The notes under the pieces were generated by a model. The model did not search any database, had not been told where the DNA came from, and saw only the letters and a program-made list of their open reading frames with translations. Below, piece after piece: positions 47,948 through 58,259 of a stretch of DNA of 64,000 nucleotides; positions within the stretch are counted from its first letter, which is position 1; each line of letters opens with the position of its first letter. This stretch comes from an uncultured Rhodospirillaceae bacterium. GTDB lineage: Bacteria; Pseudomonadota; Alphaproteobacteria; Rhodospirillales; UBA2165. The translations under genes and the position numbers were made by a program. Location: the NCBI GenBank assembly GCA_913020445.1, contig CAJWAR010000001.1, positions 141,242 to 205,241 on the forward strand, written 5' to 3'.

Positions 47948-48445
47948 CTAAAACTTAAATTCAGTTTGATGATTGTTTCCCATGGTTCCATGTTTGACGA
48001 ATGATTCAAGCCGAAGCAAGGCCTGTTTTGTCGATATACCCTCACCGCCGGAAAATCCGGTCAACTTTCCGTTAGCCCCCATAACCCGGTGACAGGGTAT
48101 GATGATCGGGATCGGGTTTTTACCGCAAGCACCGCCAACCGCGCGGGCCGCGCTTTTCAGTGAAGTGGCGAGATCACCATAGGTTTTGGTTTCGCCGTAA
48201 GGAATAGCAAGCATTTGCTGCCAAACGGCTTGCTGAAAATCGGTGCCCTCGGGATTAAGCGGCAAATCAAAGACCTGCCGGTCACCGGCGAAATATTCCG
48301 CCAGTTGGTTTTTGGCTTCTTGCAGCAGTGGCGTTTCAGTGCTTCCAGCGGCATCTCCCCTGCCCCATTCGACGACAATAATTTTGCCCGCCTCTTCAAA
48401 CAGGGTCAGCGGCCCGGTTGGGCTTTGCATCGATAAATAATTCAT
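47948..48445 (-). CDS. ogt: Methylated-DNA--protein-cysteine methyltransferase
   Basis: Active-site motif IPCHRV within PIPIIIPCHRVMGANG. Confidence 0.9.
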   Translation of the reverse strand: MNYLSMQSPTGPLTLFEEAGKIIVVEWGRGDAAGSTETPLLQEAKNQLAEYFAGDRQVFDLPLNPEGTDFQQAVWQQMLAIPYGETKTYGDLATSLKSAARAVGGACGKNPIPIIIPCHRVMGANGKLTGFSGGEGISTKQALLRLESFVKHGTMGNNHQTEFKF

Positions 48446-48469
48446 CCGCTGAATTTAGGCGGCTGGCTT

Positions 48470-50503
48470 TTAAGAGGAAAGTTCTTTCTTTAGACCCGCT
48501 GGTTCAATTTGCGGCAGCCCGCAGGTCTGACCGCGGCAGACATAGGCGGTGGGTCGTCCATCAACCTGTATTTTCCCGCTAGCCGGATGACCAGCGGGTA
48601 AAGTGGTTTGAGGCGACAGGCGCGCGAGAATGAGATTGGGGCCGCCTTCGCCGATGGCGGTCTCAACCAAACCCTCCCCTTCCCCCTCATCAGCAATAAC
48701 GACAACTTGCAAACCAGCGGCGAGCGTTTCGAAGCCTGCAGCCAAACTCGGCATATTGGCTGTTTGATCGGGAGACTGCGCGGTAAAGGCAGAGATTATG
48801 TGGTCCGCTTTTTCACGGTAGTTTTCGTCACCGGTTAGATAAAACAGCCGGCCGAGATTTTCCGCCATAAGACCATTGCCGGATGGTGTTGCGTTGTCGA
48901 ACGCTGTCCGCGTGCGGGCAATGAGATCATCGGCGTCATCGGGCGAGAGATAATACCCGGCCCCTTCCTGATCCCAGAAATGAGTGTCCGCGATCTCAGC
49001 CCATTGCACGGCGTGATCCAGATAAGATGGCTTACCAGTTACCTGGTAGAGGTATAGTGCTCCTTTAATCATACCGGCGTAATCATCAAGCATGTCAGCC
49101 GGTTTGGCCTCGCCGGCACAATAGCTGTGTCGCAGGCGTGATCCGTCGGTCATTTCGCTTAAGATAAATTCAAAAGCGTTCTCCGCTGCATCGATCCAAT
49201 TGGGCTGATTAAAAACGCTGCCGGCAAATCCAAGTGCCGCAATCATCAAGCCGTTCCAATCAGCAAGAATTTTATCATCCAGCCCCGGTCGTTGGCGCGT
49301 GGCGCGCGCGTCCAGCAAAATATCGCGGCAAGCTGTTAACTTCGTTTCAGTTTCATCATCGGCGAGCCCAAGATTTCCCAGCCGGTTGAGGATATTGGTG
49401 TGTTCCCAATTGCCGTGCTCGGAAACGTCATAATAGTTTTTGAAAAGCTCTGCGTCGTTACCCAGTAAGTGATCGATCTCAGCTTCCGGCCAGACATAAA
49501 AAGCGCCCTCCCGGGACGCTCCCTCTGCATCCGGGCTATCCGCATCAAGCGTGCCGGCAAAGGCTCCACCTTCCAGCAGCAACTCGCGCAAAGACCAGTC
49601 GATGGATTCCTGGATGCGGATTTCCAGCAGAGGGTCTCGTGTTTTTTGCCAGACCAATGTCATCAAGTGAATAAGCTGGGCATTGTCATAGAGCATTTTC
49701 TCAAAATGCGGCGCCAGCCAAATGGCGTCGGTTGAATACCGCGCAAAACCGCCGCCAAGGTGATCATAAAGTCCGCCCTGGCACATATGGGTGAGCGACG
49801 TGGTGACGGCTTCGCGAAATTTTGCCCTACCGGTTCTGAGGTAAGCCCGCCACAGCATTTCCTGAAAAGACGGCTGCGGAAATTTTGGCGCACCCATCAT
49901 GCCGCCGTTTTGGAAATCAACCATCGACAAAGCTTGCTCGGCGGCGGCGTCAATTTCGGCAATGGTCTGAAGACCGCTACCGCTAACCATGGAGAGATTA
50001 GCCTGTTGCTGCAGACTATTGAGAATCGCATCAATGTTAGCGTCAACTTTATCCCGCTGCTCGTGGAAAAGACCAGATACGGCTTGGAGGATATCGGTAA
50101 ATCCCGGCTGGCCATACCGTGACATTGGCGGAAAATAGGTGCCGCCCCAATATGGTTTGCCGTCGGGTGTGAGGAACATCGTCAGCGGCCAGCCGCCTTG
50201 CTGGCCCATCATGGCGAGCGCCGTCATGTAAATTTGATCAACGTCCGGCCGTTCTTCCCGGTCAACTTTGATGTTAACGTAGAGATCGTTCATCAAAGCA
50301 GCCGTCGTTTCATCTTCGAAACTTTCATGGGCCATCACATGACACCAATGACATGCGGCGTAACCTATTGATAACAATATAGGTTTTCCGTTATCGCGCG
50401 CTATCTTGAAAGCTTCTTCGCCCCAGGGCTGCCAATGCACAGGGTTGTTTTGATGCTGCTTAAGATACGGACTGGTCTCTTCACCGAGCCGGTTCGAACT
50501 CAC
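48470..50503 (-). CDS. Thioredoxin-domain protein YyaL (DUF255 plus six-hairpin glycosidase-like domain)
   Basis: N-terminal [22 protein letters not shown]...[12 protein letters not shown] and a long alpha/alpha-toroid C-region, 677 aa. Confidence 0.88.
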   Translation of the reverse strand: MSSNRLGEETSPYLKQHQNNPVHWQPWGEEAFKIARDNGKPILLSIGYAACHWCHVMAHESFEDETTAALMNDLYVNIKVDREERPDVDQIYMTALAMMGQQGGWPLTMFLTPDGKPYWGGTYFPPMSRYGQPGFTDILQAVSGLFHEQRDKVDANIDAILNSLQQQANLSMVSGSGLQTIAEIDAAAEQALSMVDFQNGGMMGAPKFPQPSFQEMLWRAYLRTGRAKFREAVTTSLTHMCQGGLYDHLGGGFARYSTDAIWLAPHFEKMLYDNAQLIHLMTLVWQKTRDPLLEIRIQESIDWSLRELLLEGGAFAGTLDADSPDAEGASREGAFYVWPEAEIDHLLGNDAELFKNYYDVSEHGNWEHTNILNRLGNLGLADDETETKLTACRDILLDARATRQRPGLDDKILADWNGLMIAALGFAGSVFNQPNWIDAAENAFEFILSEMTDGSRLRHSYCAGEAKPADMLDDYAGMIKGALYLYQVTGKPSYLDHAVQWAEIADTHFWDQEGAGYYLSPDDADDLIARTRTAFDNATPSGNGLMAENLGRLFYLTGDENYREKADHIISAFTAQSPDQTANMPSLAAGFETLAAGLQVVVIADEGEGEGLVETAIGEGGPNLILARLSPQTTLPAGHPASGKIQVDGRPTAYVCRGQTCGLPQIEPAGLKKELSS

Positions 50504-50635
50504 TTAACGCCTCCTGCACAAATAGAATAATTATAAAAAAATACATAACTAATTGATAACAGGGTAATAATACTGGTTTGCTCGGATTAATCAAACAACG
50601 TGACAGAATTAACGCATCCGCCTATATCTAGGCCT

Positions 50636-51964
50636 ATGAATAATTTAAGCGATGAGCAAACAATATTTGCTTTGGCCAGCGGTGTTGGAAAGGCTGGCAT
50701 TGCGGTGTTCCGAATTTCCGGCCCCTCAGCGACCGACGCTTTACGCGCCCTGTCAAAAAAAGAGTTACCCGAACCGCGCCGGGCAACCCGCGTTCAGCTG
50801 CTTGAACCAAAGACCAAAGATATTTTGGATTATGGCCTAGCGGTCTATTTTCCAGGGCCGGCAAGCTTTACCGGCGAAGATGTCATTGAGCTGCATGTCC
50901 ACGGCGGCCGCGCCGTCATCGCCGGCATAACGGATGCACTGGTGAAGCTTGATGATGTGCGCTTGGCGGAAGCCGGGGAATTTACCCGACGCGCTTTTGA
51001 AAACGGCAAGTTGGATCTGACCGCCGCCGAGGGCTTGGCGGATCTCGTTAATTCAGAAACAGCCGCTCAACGCCAGCAAGCACAGCGCCAATTGCAAGGC
51101 GATCTTGGTCTGATATATGACGATTGGCGGGATCGCCTGCTTAAGGCGATTGCCCTCTTTGAAGCCGAGATCGATTTTTCAGATGAGGATTTACCGCTCG
51201 ACCTTCATGAACAGGTTGCTGAACAAATCGGCGAAATTACCAACGAGATTTCAGCGCATTTGGATGATTCCGGTCACGGGCAGATTTTGCGCCATGGTCT
51301 CTACATTACGATCATTGGTCCGCCGAATGCCGGCAAATCGAGTTTGCTCAACCGCTTGTCTCAGCGCGATGTTGCCATCGTTTCTGAAACCGCCGGCACG
51401 ACCCGGGATGTCATCGAGGTGCACCTGGAACTTGAGGGCTATCCTGTCATCATCGCTGACACAGCGGGTTTACGAGATGTACATGACGAGATTGAATCCG
51501 AAGGAGTCCGCCGTGCTGAAGAAAGAGCCCATCAGGCTGATCTTAAGTTGGCAGTTTTTGATGGGGCTAAATGGCCGGATAAAGATCCTCATACCCGAGC
51601 TCTAATCGATGATAGCGCACTGGTCGTCGTTAATAAATCTGATCTACTTGATAAAATTGACTTTGACTATCTAGCCATTTCTGCCGAAACCGGCGACGGT
51701 TTTGACATCTTGCTGGAGAGATTGAAAAAAGAGGTTGAGGAACGTTGTCATTTATCGGCTTCGCCAGCCTTAACGCGCACCCGCCATCGCTCGGCTCTTG
51801 AGAACTGCCTGGAAAATCTTAAACGCTTTCCAGATGCGCCTGAATCTGAATTAAAGGCCGAAGATTTGCGCCTGGCCGCTCGTGCATTGGGCCGTATCAC
51901 CGGCCGCGTCGATGTTGAAGAAATTTTGGATATTATTTTTAAAGAGTTCTGCATCGGCAAATAA
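50636..51964 (+). CDS. mnmE: tRNA modification GTPase MnmE (TrmE)
   Basis: DTIFALAS-type N-domain (EQTIFALASGVGKAGIAVFRISG), G1 GPPNAGKSSLLN and a C-terminal CIGK. The ATG at 50636 is preferred over the track GTG at 50600. Confidence 0.95.
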   Translation: MNNLSDEQTIFALASGVGKAGIAVFRISGPSATDALRALSKKELPEPRRATRVQLLEPKTKDILDYGLAVYFPGPASFTGEDVIELHVHGGRAVIAGITDALVKLDDVRLAEAGEFTRRAFENGKLDLTAAEGLADLVNSETAAQRQQAQRQLQGDLGLIYDDWRDRLLKAIALFEAEIDFSDEDLPLDLHEQVAEQIGEITNEISAHLDDSGHGQILRHGLYITIIGPPNAGKSSLLNRLSQRDVAIVSETAGTTRDVIEVHLELEGYPVIIADTAGLRDVHDEIESEGVRRAEERAHQADLKLAVFDGAKWPDKDPHTRALIDDSALVVVNKSDLLDKIDFDYLAISAETGDGFDILLERLKKEVEERCHLSASPALTRTRHRSALENCLENLKRFPDAPESELKAEDLRLAARALGRITGRVDVEEILDIIFKEFCIGK

Positions 51965-51983
51965 CGATCATAAAACGCTGAGA

Positions 51984-51999
51984 TGTTTCACGTGAAACA
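51984..51999. promoter_or_regulatory. parS centromere-like site 1
   Basis: TGTTTCACGTGAAACA is a perfect palindrome matching the chromosomal parS consensus TGTTNCACGTGAAACA. It extends to an 18-bp palindrome, ATGTTTCACGTGAAACAT. Confidence 0.9.
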
Positions 52000-52164
52000 T
52001 TGCCGGAGCTACACTCCATATATATGTCTCTAATATTATTTACCCATTATATTGATTTCATTTCGTAGCGATATTTAACCTGTCCATAATGGCAACAAAT
52101 TAGTTTTGGTTTGGCGGCGGACTCTAATTGACTTCGCCGCGAAGCCCACCTACATTCCCGCGCC

Positions 52165-54045
52165 ATGACGAAGTCTCTTAAAAATAATTCCTACGATGTT
52201 ATCGTTGTCGGTGGCGGTCATGCCGGCAGTGAAGCCGCCTCTGCCGCTGCGCGCATCGGGGCGAAGACGCTTTTACTAACCCATAAGCTCGAAACCATCG
52301 GTGAGATGTCGTGTAATCCAGCCATCGGCGGGCTGGCAAAAGGCCAGCTGGTCCGTGAGATCGATGCCCTCGACGGCATTATGGGTAGAGCCATTGACCG
52401 CGCCGGTATTCAGTTCCGTGTGCTCAATCAAAGCAAAGGGCCGGCGGTGCGTGGACCCCGGGCGCAAGCGGATCGAAAACTATACCGGCAGGCTATTTTT
52501 GATCTCTTAAGTGCTCAAACCAACCTCGAACTAAAGGCCGCCGCGGTTGAGGATTTACTGATTGATGAACAGGGGCAGCTCCGAGGTGTTGAAACCGCCG
52601 ACGGTGAAGATTTTTATGCGCCAAAGGTGGTTATCACCACCGGCACTTTCTTACGCGGCCTCATTCATGTCGGTGAAGAGCAGACGCCGGCGGGCCGGGT
52701 TAACGAGGCACCCGCGCTTGGCCTGTCTTCGGCTTTTAAACGATTGGGGTTTCAGTTGGATCGGTTGAAAACGGGCACCCCGCCCCGCCTCGACGGCAAA
52801 ACCATCGACTGGGCCAGCTTGGTCGAGCAGCCTGGCGATACGCCGCCGGTGCCATTTTCCTATCTGACGGATCAGATTACGACGCCACAAATTTCCTGCT
52901 TTATCACCGAGACCACACCAGCGTCGCACGATTTGATCAAAGCTAATTTGGACCGGGCGCCGATGTATTCCGGCCAGATCGATAGCACTGGGCCCCGTTA
53001 TTGCCCTTCAATAGAAGACAAAGTGGTGCGCTTTGCCCACCGGGAACGCCATCAGATTTTCTTGGAACCGGAAGGCCTGGATGACGATACGGTCTATCCC
53101 AACGGTATTTCGACGTCGCTGCCGAAAGATGTCCAGCTGGATTTGCTGAAGACCATACCGGGACTCGAACAAGCGACCATGCTGCAGCCCGGTTACGCCA
53201 TTGAATATGATTTTGTTGATCCGCGGGAATTAACGCCGAACCTTGAAACGCGCCGGGTACGCGGTCTTTACTTTGCCGGCCAAATCAATGGTACCACCGG
53301 TTATGAAGAAGCCGGGGCGCAAGGTTTGGTTGCCGGCATCAATGCCGCCCGGGCCGCCGGCGGCTCTGAGCCCATTCAGATCGATCGCGCCGATGCCTAT
53401 ATCGGTGTGCTGATTGATGATTTGGTTACTTTGGGAACCACCGAGCCCTACCGCATGTTTACCTCGCGTGCTGAATACCGCCTGCAATTGCGGGCTGACA
53501 ACGCCGATCAACGGCTCACACCCAAAGGCATTGAGATTGGCTGCGTGGCATCAGAACGCAAGGCGGCCTTTAGTAATAAGATGACCGAGCTTAATCGTGC
53601 TGTCGATTTAGCCCAATCCTTGAATAAGACACCGAACGAACTGGCCAGCCTGGGTTTAAAAATAAACCAAGATGGGGTGCGGCGAAATGTGCTTGAAGTA
53701 TTGCGCTATCAGGAAATGAATATGGCGAGGGTGGCGGAAATCTGGCCCGAGTTGGCAGGGTTATCGTCTGGAATTGCTGAGCAGATCGAAATAATGGGTC
53801 TATATTCTGGCTACATGGATCGACAGGAAACCGACATTCGCGCTTTTCGCGCCGACGAATCGCTGGTCATTCCCGAAGATATTGAGTTTCGCTCTATTGG
53901 CGGCTTGTCCAATGAAATCTGCGCGAAATTTGAAGAAGTTCGACCGACAACTCTCGGCGCCGCTGCGCGGATTTCCGGGGTGACGCCCGCCGCTCTTACA
54001 GCATTACTTGGTTTTGTGCGCCGCCGTGCCCGCAATGCAGCCTAA
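52165..54045 (+). CDS. mnmG: tRNA uridine 5-carboxymethylaminomethyl modification enzyme MnmG (GidA)
   Basis: FAD motif [15 protein letters not shown]. 626 aa of GidA family sequence throughout. Confidence 0.97.
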   Translation: MTKSLKNNSYDVIVVGGGHAGSEAASAAARIGAKTLLLTHKLETIGEMSCNPAIGGLAKGQLVREIDALDGIMGRAIDRAGIQFRVLNQSKGPAVRGPRAQADRKLYRQAIFDLLSAQTNLELKAAAVEDLLIDEQGQLRGVETADGEDFYAPKVVITTGTFLRGLIHVGEEQTPAGRVNEAPALGLSSAFKRLGFQLDRLKTGTPPRLDGKTIDWASLVEQPGDTPPVPFSYLTDQITTPQISCFITETTPASHDLIKANLDRAPMYSGQIDSTGPRYCPSIEDKVVRFAHRERHQIFLEPEGLDDDTVYPNGISTSLPKDVQLDLLKTIPGLEQATMLQPGYAIEYDFVDPRELTPNLETRRVRGLYFAGQINGTTGYEEAGAQGLVAGINAARAAGGSEPIQIDRADAYIGVLIDDLVTLGTTEPYRMFTSRAEYRLQLRADNADQRLTPKGIEIGCVASERKAAFSNKMTELNRAVDLAQSLNKTPNELASLGLKINQDGVRRNVLEVLRYQEMNMARVAEIWPELAGLSSGIAEQIEIMGLYSGYMDRQETDIRAFRADESLVIPEDIEFRSIGGLSNEICAKFEEVRPTTLGAAARISGVTPAALTALLGFVRRRARNAA

Positions 54046-54056
54046 ATAAAGCGCGA

Positions 54057-54072
54057 TGTTTCACGTGAAACA
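54057..54072. promoter_or_regulatory. parS centromere-like site 2
   Basis: TGTTTCACGTGAAACA, the same 18-bp extended palindrome as site 1, in the mnmG-rsmG spacer. Confidence 0.9.
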
Positions 54073-54077
54073 TTTTC

Positions 54078-54743
54078 TTGTCTAACATGGATATTTTAAC
54101 GCCTGAAGGATTTGCTGCTAAAATTGATGTTTCACGTGAAACACTCGACAAGCTATCAATATATCTTGACCTCCTCATTAAATGGCAAAAAAGTATAAAT
54201 CTCGTTGGTTCTAAAACCTTGGCAGATGCTTGGCGGCGCCATGTATTGGATTCAGCGCAACTCTTCTCTCATATTAGTAAATCCACTGATTTGATTTTTG
54301 ATTTGGGTAGCGGTGCGGGTTTCCCGGGCTTGGTCCTTGCCATTATGGGGGCAAAAAACGTCGTGCTGATGGAATCAAACCAGAAAAAGTGCAGTTTTTT
54401 AGGCGAAGTGATCCGCCGGACCGCTTGTTCGGCCACGGTATTCAACGGTCGAATCGAAGACTATCCTGAGCAAAATACAGGGCATTATATTACTGCTCGA
54501 GCCCTGGCGCCGCTGGAAGAATTGTGTGCTTGGAGTTATCCGTTGCTGGTACCGGAAGGAAAAAGCCTGTTTTTAAAAGGCGAAAATTACGAACAAGAAT
54601 TGACCCTGTGCCAAAAAAAGTGGAATATGGAGGTACAAATTCATCCATCACTCATCGAGTTAGATAAAATTGGGGGTGGCGAAAAAGACGTTCTTCCGGG
54701 GATTCTCATAGAAATAGGAAAGCTATCACCACGTGATGGATAA
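54078..54743 (+). CDS. rsmG: 16S rRNA (guanine527-N7)-methyltransferase RsmG (GidB)
   Basis: SAM motif DLGSGAGFPG, with GidB length and position. TTG at 54078 or ATG at 54087. Confidence 0.92.
   Translation: MSNMDILTPEGFAAKIDVSRETLDKLSIYLDLLIKWQKSINLVGSKTLADAWRRHVLDSAQLFSHISKSTDLIFDLGSGAGFPGLVLAIMGAKNVVLMESNQKKCSFLGEVIRRTACSATVFNGRIEDYPEQNTGHYITARALAPLEELCAWSYPLLVPEGKSLFLKGENYEQELTLCQKKWNMEVQIHPSLIELDKIGGGEKDVLPGILIEIGKLSPRDG
54128..54143. promoter_or_regulatory. parS centromere-like site 3 (inside the rsmG coding sequence)
   Basis: TGTTTCACGTGAAACA, read in frame as (D)VSRET of RsmG. Confidence 0.88.
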
Positions 54744-55557
54744 TGAAATTAATAGCGAAACAGATGTTTCCACCGCACATAAGCCCCGCATTATAGCGGT
54801 TGCCAATCAAAAAGGCGGCGTCGGTAAAACTACCACGACTATAAATTTAGCGACGGCCTTGGCGGCTGTGCGCAAGCGCGTTTTGGTATTTGATCTTGAC
54901 CCGCAAGGCAATGCCAGCACAGGCTTGGGTATTGAGCAAGCCGACCGAGTGGTCAATGCCTATCAGGTTATCATAGGTGAAGCGACCATTGATGAGGCGA
55001 TCCTTGATACAATCATACCAGGCCTATCAATTGTATCTTCCGGGGTAGACTTGTCGGGCGCGGAAATTGAACTGATCGAGTTTGAAGATCGTTTATTTCG
55101 CTTGAAATCCTGTATTGCTGGGCAACTTGAAGCCTTTGACTATGTTTTAATTGATTGTCCGCCGGCCTTAGGCCTACTAACCGTCAATGCACTAAACGCT
55201 GCGGATGCGGTTCTGGTGCCGTTGCAATGTGAATTTTTTGCTCTGGAAGGCGTCAGCCATTTGGTGCGGACGATTGATCGCATCAAAAAAGCCTATAACC
55301 CAGAACTTGAGATACAGGGAATTGTCCTGACCATGTTCGATTCCCGCAACAATCTTTCGGATGCCGTTGCTTCAGACGTACGCGAATTTTTTGGCGACAT
55401 CGTTTATGATACGGTGATCCCGCGCAACGTCCGGGTCTCCGAAGCACCCTCTCACGGCAAACCGGTATTATTATACGACACTGCCTGTGCCGGATCGCAG
55501 GCTTACATTCATCTGGCAAGTGAAGTTTTGAAACGAGAAAAAATGTTGGCAGCATGA
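54733..55557 (+). CDS. parA: Chromosome partitioning ATPase ParA
   Basis: Deviant Walker A VANQKGGVGKTTT. GTG at 54733 or ATG at 54736, overlapping the rsmG stop. Confidence 0.95.
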   Translation: MMDNEINSETDVSTAHKPRIIAVANQKGGVGKTTTTINLATALAAVRKRVLVFDLDPQGNASTGLGIEQADRVVNAYQVIIGEATIDEAILDTIIPGLSIVSSGVDLSGAEIELIEFEDRLFRLKSCIAGQLEAFDYVLIDCPPALGLLTVNALNAADAVLVPLQCEFFALEGVSHLVRTIDRIKKAYNPELEIQGIVLTMFDSRNNLSDAVASDVREFFGDIVYDTVIPRNVRVSEAPSHGKPVLLYDTACAGSQAYIHLASEVLKREKMLAA

Positions 55558-56696
55558 TGGCAAAAAAACCTTCAAAGAAATTAGGTAAAGGTCTTTCGGC
55601 GCTGCTTGGTGGTGATGAAAGTAGCGTGTCAACCGCAGCTGCTACTCCGGCTAACGCCAGCGATCAAACCGCGCCGATTGAAAATGTTTATCCCGGACGG
55701 TATCAGCCGCGCCAACTCTTTAGTGATCCGGAAATCGAAGAGCTCGCCAGCTCAATCCGCGAGCTTGGTATTCTCCAGCCAATCCTGGTGCGGGCTCACC
55801 CAGATCACGCCGGTGGCTTCGAGATCATTGCCGGCGAGCGTCGCTGGCGAGCCGCTCAATTAGCGCAACTTCATGAAGTGCCGATCCTGGTGCGGGAATT
55901 TTCAAATGTTGAGGCACTTGAAATTGGCCTGGTGGAAAATCTGCAACGGGAAAATCTTTCAGCCCTCGAAGAAGCCGAAGGCTACCGCCGTTTGATCGAT
56001 GAGTTTTCCCACACCCAAGAAGTGCTGGCAAAAATTCTCGGTAAAAGCCGCAGCCATGTCGCCAACATGATGCGTCTGCTGAACCTGCCGGATAAAGTTA
56101 AAGACATGCTGCAATCGGGTGATCTGACGGCCGGCCATGCGCGGGCATTATTAAATGCTGAAGATCCAGTAGGGCTTGCCAAGAAGGTCATCAAGCGTGG
56201 CTTGAATGTGCGCCAGACCGAGAAACTCTGTCAAACAACCGATACCCCAGCTATTAAAAAACCATCCGCCAAGCCGGCGAAGGACGCTAATCTTGTGGCG
56301 CTCGAATATGATCTCTCGAGTTTGCTTGGGCTGAAAGTTGAAATCGATTTTAAAATGTCGGGCGGCAAGGTGATAATTTCCTATGAAACCCTTGAGCAGC
56401 TTGATGGTATTTTGCACCGCTTAAGTGATGGCAAACATGGTCAATCTATCACCGGCGATACGGATGAAATACCGCTTGAAGGTGAAATTGAAGCAGCGGT
56501 ATTGGCTGATCTGGATTTGGCCGGCGATGACAGCGCTATTCCGGATGATGTTGATGATGCAATCGCCCAACTTGAAGCAGGCGCCATGATCGATGACAGC
56601 GAAGAAGATAGTGAAAGCGCAGACGAGATTGATCTAACCGGTGATTTCAGTTTGTCCGATGATGATCTTAACAGCCTAGCTAACGAAATCGAATAA
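55554..56696 (+). CDS. parB: Chromosome partitioning protein ParB (with an ~85-aa acidic C-terminal extension)
   Basis: N-terminal LGKGLSALLG, the arginine patch GERRWRAA, an HTH and a C-terminal dimerisation segment (KVIISYETLEQLDGILHRL), followed by a D/E-rich tail. Confidence 0.95.
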   Translation: MMAKKPSKKLGKGLSALLGGDESSVSTAAATPANASDQTAPIENVYPGRYQPRQLFSDPEIEELASSIRELGILQPILVRAHPDHAGGFEIIAGERRWRAAQLAQLHEVPILVREFSNVEALEIGLVENLQRENLSALEEAEGYRRLIDEFSHTQEVLAKILGKSRSHVANMMRLLNLPDKVKDMLQSGDLTAGHARALLNAEDPVGLAKKVIKRGLNVRQTEKLCQTTDTPAIKKPSAKPAKDANLVALEYDLSSLLGLKVEIDFKMSGGKVIISYETLEQLDGILHRLSDGKHGQSITGDTDEIPLEGEIEAAVLADLDLAGDDSAIPDDVDDAIAQLEAGAMIDDSEEDSESADEIDLTGDFSLSDDDLNSLANEIE

Positions 56697-56721
56697 TATA
56701 TAAGATATTTCTAATATACTG

Positions 56722-57741
56722 TTAATGACGAGCTGCTTGGGAAAGCGACATCAGGGCGCGGCCACAAACTGCCTCGGCCGGCAAGCCGGTTGATTTACAA
56801 TTAATCTCGGCTTCTGTCAGTACAGCCAAGGCGCGAGCAATTTTTTTTCCTGACCAGCGATCAAGCTGACGGACAAAGTGATCAACAAAGAGAAAGATCA
56901 CTGGCGGTTTAAGTGACTTAACTGCTTGGCGGGATGACTGCCCCTGGCGCATAAATCCAGCCGCCAAATGCAAACGTTGATAATGACGGATGGCAGCCCG
57001 CAAAACCGTGATCGGCGAAGTTCCTTCAACAAAGGCACGCGCCAAATTAGTTTCTAGCGATGCCCGGTTGCCATCCGCCACCGCATAAATAATTTCATCA
57101 ATCGAGAGCGCGCCGTTGTCACCGATCGCCGCCATGGCATCATCTAGAAGAATTTCATTCTGATCGCCGCTATAGGTTATCAATTTTTCCAGCTCACCAC
57201 GGGAAACCATCCGGTCAGAACCGAGATTGGTCAGCAGATATTCCTTGGCCTCTGAATTAATCAATTTCTGATTTTCCCGCATTACCGTATCAATCAGTGA
57301 ACCAAGCGCCGAGAGATCATCTGAATAGCAGGCAATGGTCGCCGCGTTATCACTTTTTTCAATAAGTTTGCGCACCGGTGAACGTGGCGTCAGATCGCCG
57401 GCTTCCATAATGACCAGTGAGCTCTGAACATCTTCGCCGAGAAATTGCAGTAGCGGTTTGGCAATATCCTCACCCCCGAGTTTCACCAAGACCACGCGTT
57501 CGCCGCCGATTAGGGATTGGGCAGAGGCCTCATCTATCAGCCGGGCCGGATCGGATTTAATTTCACCCCCGGTTAATTCGCTGACGCGAAAGGGGTCGGT
57601 TAAGTCTTCAACAAATATTTTTGCCAGCAGCAACACCCGTTCATGGACCAGTCCCAGGTCGGTTCCGTAGATCAGGACAGCACGAATTGAAGGGTCGGGG
57701 CGTTTCAGATAGGCAGCTGATTTTCCGGCATTAAATTTCAC
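56722..57741 (-). CDS. holA: DNA polymerase III subunit delta
   Basis: HolA-like 339-aa protein (...AVLIYGTDLGLV...) in the conserved leuS-lptE-holA operon. Confidence 0.85.
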   Translation of the reverse strand: MKFNAGKSAAYLKRPDPSIRAVLIYGTDLGLVHERVLLLAKIFVEDLTDPFRVSELTGGEIKSDPARLIDEASAQSLIGGERVVLVKLGGEDIAKPLLQFLGEDVQSSLVIMEAGDLTPRSPVRKLIEKSDNAATIACYSDDLSALGSLIDTVMRENQKLINSEAKEYLLTNLGSDRMVSRGELEKLITYSGDQNEILLDDAMAAIGDNGALSIDEIIYAVADGNRASLETNLARAFVEGTSPITVLRAAIRHYQRLHLAAGFMRQGQSSRQAVKSLKPPVIFLFVDHFVRQLDRWSGKKIARALAVLTEAEINCKSTGLPAEAVCGRALMSLSQAARH

Positions 57742-58259
57742 TTCACCGCCGCTAGTTTGTCTCGATTAAGTTTAAAAAAGGCGGCAACCTTACTGGTGAT
57801 GTCGACGCTGATTTCGCGAACGGCGCGTTTTCTGGCATCCTTTTCCGCCATTAAAGTGGCAAAGGTTTTAGTCAGAATATTATAACTGATCACCATGCGG
57901 CTGCTGCCGGTTGTCAATGTCTCACCGCTAAATTTTCGGATAATATTATAGCTGGCCCGAAATGATAAGTTCGCTCGCGTGGCAATTTCAGATTTCTTTA
58001 CTGCCAGCCCCTGTTTGCTTTCAGACAGGGTAACTTTAAGAATATATTTGCTAATGCGGGCACGCCCTTTCGGTGAGATACGCTGCTCAAGTTCATTGCG
58101 TAGCTGTTGGCCGATACGATTTTCTATCGGACTAATTTCAATCTCCCGCATATCAGATTCAATTACTGAATTGTCTCCACCACCATAAATTGGCTCAAAC
58201 CCACAGGCGGTCAAACTCATTAAGGCAAGTATGCTCAAAACTATTTTAGACAACGACAT
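57738..58259 (-). CDS. lptE: LPS-assembly lipoprotein LptE
   Basis: Lipobox LTACGF and ~170 aa, sandwiched between leuS and holA with overlapping stop and start codons. Confidence 0.8.
   Translation of the reverse strand: MSLSKIVLSILALMSLTACGFEPIYGGGDNSVIESDMREIEISPIENRIGQQLRNELEQRISPKGRARISKYILKVTLSESKQGLAVKKSEIATRANLSFRASYNIIRKFSGETLTTGSSRMVISYNILTKTFATLMAEKDARKRAVREISVDITSKVAAFFKLNRDKLAAVK

Noticed and set aside
54725-54745. CACGTG-centred sequence TCACCACGTGATGGA at the rsmG/parA junction as a fourth parS.
   Set aside because: Only the central CACGTG matches. The flanking arms do not fit TGTTNCACGTGAAACA.
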